A stretch of 64,000 nt of DNA from a bacterium. Lineage in GTDB: Bacteria; Joyebacterota; Joyebacteria; Joyebacterales; Joyebacteraceae. A program made the position numbers and the translations under genes. The notes beneath the pieces are model-generated. The model worked only from the letters and a program-made list of their open reading frames with translations. It was not told the origin of the DNA and searched no databases. Below are positions 62,970-64,000 of this stretch, one piece after another. The DNA is taken from contig JAPEKQ010000002.1 in NCBI GenBank assembly GCA_029990205.1, positions 163,240 to 227,239 on the forward strand. The letters run 5' to 3'. Each line of letters starts with the position of its first letter. Within the stretch, counting starts at the first letter, position 1.

Positions 62970-64000
62970 GCTCCTCCCCTCGCCTCGTCCCAGACCGCGG
63001 CGATACGACCGAACAGCGACGACCACCGGTACGGCTCGAGCGCCCCGGCCACCGTCGCGGGAAGCTTGCCCCCGGAGTCACACAGCGCCCCGCGGCCGAG
63101 TGACTCCTCGAGCGCATCGACGATGCCATCCACGAAGCCGTCCTCGGCCCCGGGCGCGAGCCGGTCAACGCCGTGGAGCGCGGGCATGGGGATCGTCGAC
63201 AGGGCATCACCCACGAGCGGCCCGATGCTGCCCGTCACACCCGGGAGCTCGGTCGCCGCGATGCGGCAGCCGCACGCCAGTGCCTCGATGAGGACCAGAG
63301 GGATCCCCTCGTAGAGCGACGGCAGCACGAAGGTGTCGGACGCGCGCATCAGCGCGGCGAGCTCCGGCTGCCCGACCTCGCCGTGGAGCACCACACCCGG
63401 CGCCATCCGCTCCATCCGGAGCCTCAGTGCGTCCGCCTCGCCCCCCGCGCCCGTCCCCGCCACGTGGAGCGTCACGCCGTCGCGGCGTTCGGACAGCCGG
63501 GCGAAGGCGTCGAGAAGCTGAGGCACGCCCTTCGCGCTGCTGTACTTGCCCGCATACAGCACCCGCCCCGCCGGAGCGGTGCCCTCGCCCGTGTTGGGCG
63601 GCTTGAGCGCACGCCCCTCCGTGCAGAAGATGTCCTCCCGGTAGCCCACGCCCACGACGCGGACCCGCTCGGACGGGATGTCGAGGATGCGCGTGAGCTC
63701 GGCGGCATGTCCGGCGTGGAGCGTGATGAACCGTTCGTTCCGCCGCGCGCCGGCCACGACTGCGCCCTTCAGATGGGGACAGAGTTCCATCTGCCGGAGC
63801 CCGGTCGCGTGACACTGCGTCACGACGGGCACGCCGGGAGCGGCATCCTTGATGATCGAACTGACGAGCCAGACGTGGTTGGAGTGGATGAGGTCGGGGG
63901 AGAAATCCGAAACGACGTTCGCGAGATGACGCGTCCAGACGTTCCGGTAGTCATCGATCTGCCGGGCGTCGAGCTCGGAGAAGCGCGAGCTCGCGTAGGG
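62966..64000 (-). CDS. GT4-family glycosyltransferase, 5' end beyond the window
   Basis: EGIPLVLIEALACGCRIAATE EX7E motif. The reading frame stays open from 63832 to nt 64000 (…DLIHSNHVWLVSSIIKD…), so the gene starts outside the window. Confidence 0.85.
   Translation of the reverse strand, partial: PYASSRFSELDARQIDDYRNVWTRHLANVVSDFSPDLIHSNHVWLVSSIIKDAAPGVPVVTQCHATGLRQMELCPHLKGAVVAGARRNERFITLHAGHAAELTRILDIPSERVRVVGVGYREDIFCTEGRALKPPNTGEGTAPAGRVLYAGKYSSAKGVPQLLDAFARLSERRDGVTLHVAGTGAGGEADALRLRMERMAPGVVLHGEVGQPELAALMRASDTFVLPSLYEGIPLVLIEALACGCRIAATELPGVTGSIGPLVGDALSTIPMPALHGVDRLAPGAEDGFVDGIVDALEESLGRGALCDSGGKLPATVAGALEPYRWSSLFGRIAAVWDEARGGA

Overview
High-GC (clearly above 60% by eye), gene-dense bacterial chromosomal segment with about 58 protein-coding genes. 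Many neighbours are translationally coupled by ATGA/GTGA/TTGA overlaps. I found no rRNA, tRNA, CRISPR array, transposase, integrase or prophage gene. Because of the GC content, almost every real gene carries long Arg/Ser/Pro-rich shadow ORFs in other frames; I discarded these and trimmed several over-extended track ORFs to starts with a Shine-Dalgarno sequence.

Gene content, in order:
- Thiamin genes: a ThiE-Nudix fusion, and thiD coupled to two radical-SAM genes.
- A four-subunit sarcosine-oxidase / L-proline-dehydrogenase-like flavoprotein cluster.
- A DUF3160-like secreted protein and an XRE-cupin regulator.
- A putative membrane-lipid operon: PhaR-like DNA-binding protein, MFS-acyltransferase fusion, PimA-like GT4, radical SAM/SPASM enzyme.
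- Transporters (OPT, DMT, DUF401-like) and a nitroreductase.
- An ECF sigma factor and a zf-HC2 anti-sigma factor.
- An S55-like peptidase plus beta-propeller pair, TonB and GlgC.
- A cell-surface island: a CsgG-like gene broken by an in-frame TAG, two tandem jelly-roll paralogs ending in SWGxIKAxYR, and two giant C25 gingipain-like peptidases with FlgD-Ig/T9SS-like C-terminal domains.
- An ABC-F ATPase, a MacAB-like efflux system, an eIF-2B-family protein and lysine 6-aminotransferase.
- A four-gene integral-membrane module that I cannot assign to any family.
- A long minus-strand gene string: GT4, methyltransferase, S9 peptidase, Ni-superoxide dismutase with a Sec-like leader, DUF3795, DUF374, CpcT-like lipoprotein, ICMT-like methyltransferase.

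The most interesting candidates are the unassigned membrane module (52137-55685), the surface island (30077-42838) and the PatA/PimA-like lipid operon. The lineage cannot be fixed from this window. The FlgD-Ig-type tails ending in LLK and the many DUFs suggest an uncultivated FCB-related group, which is inference only.
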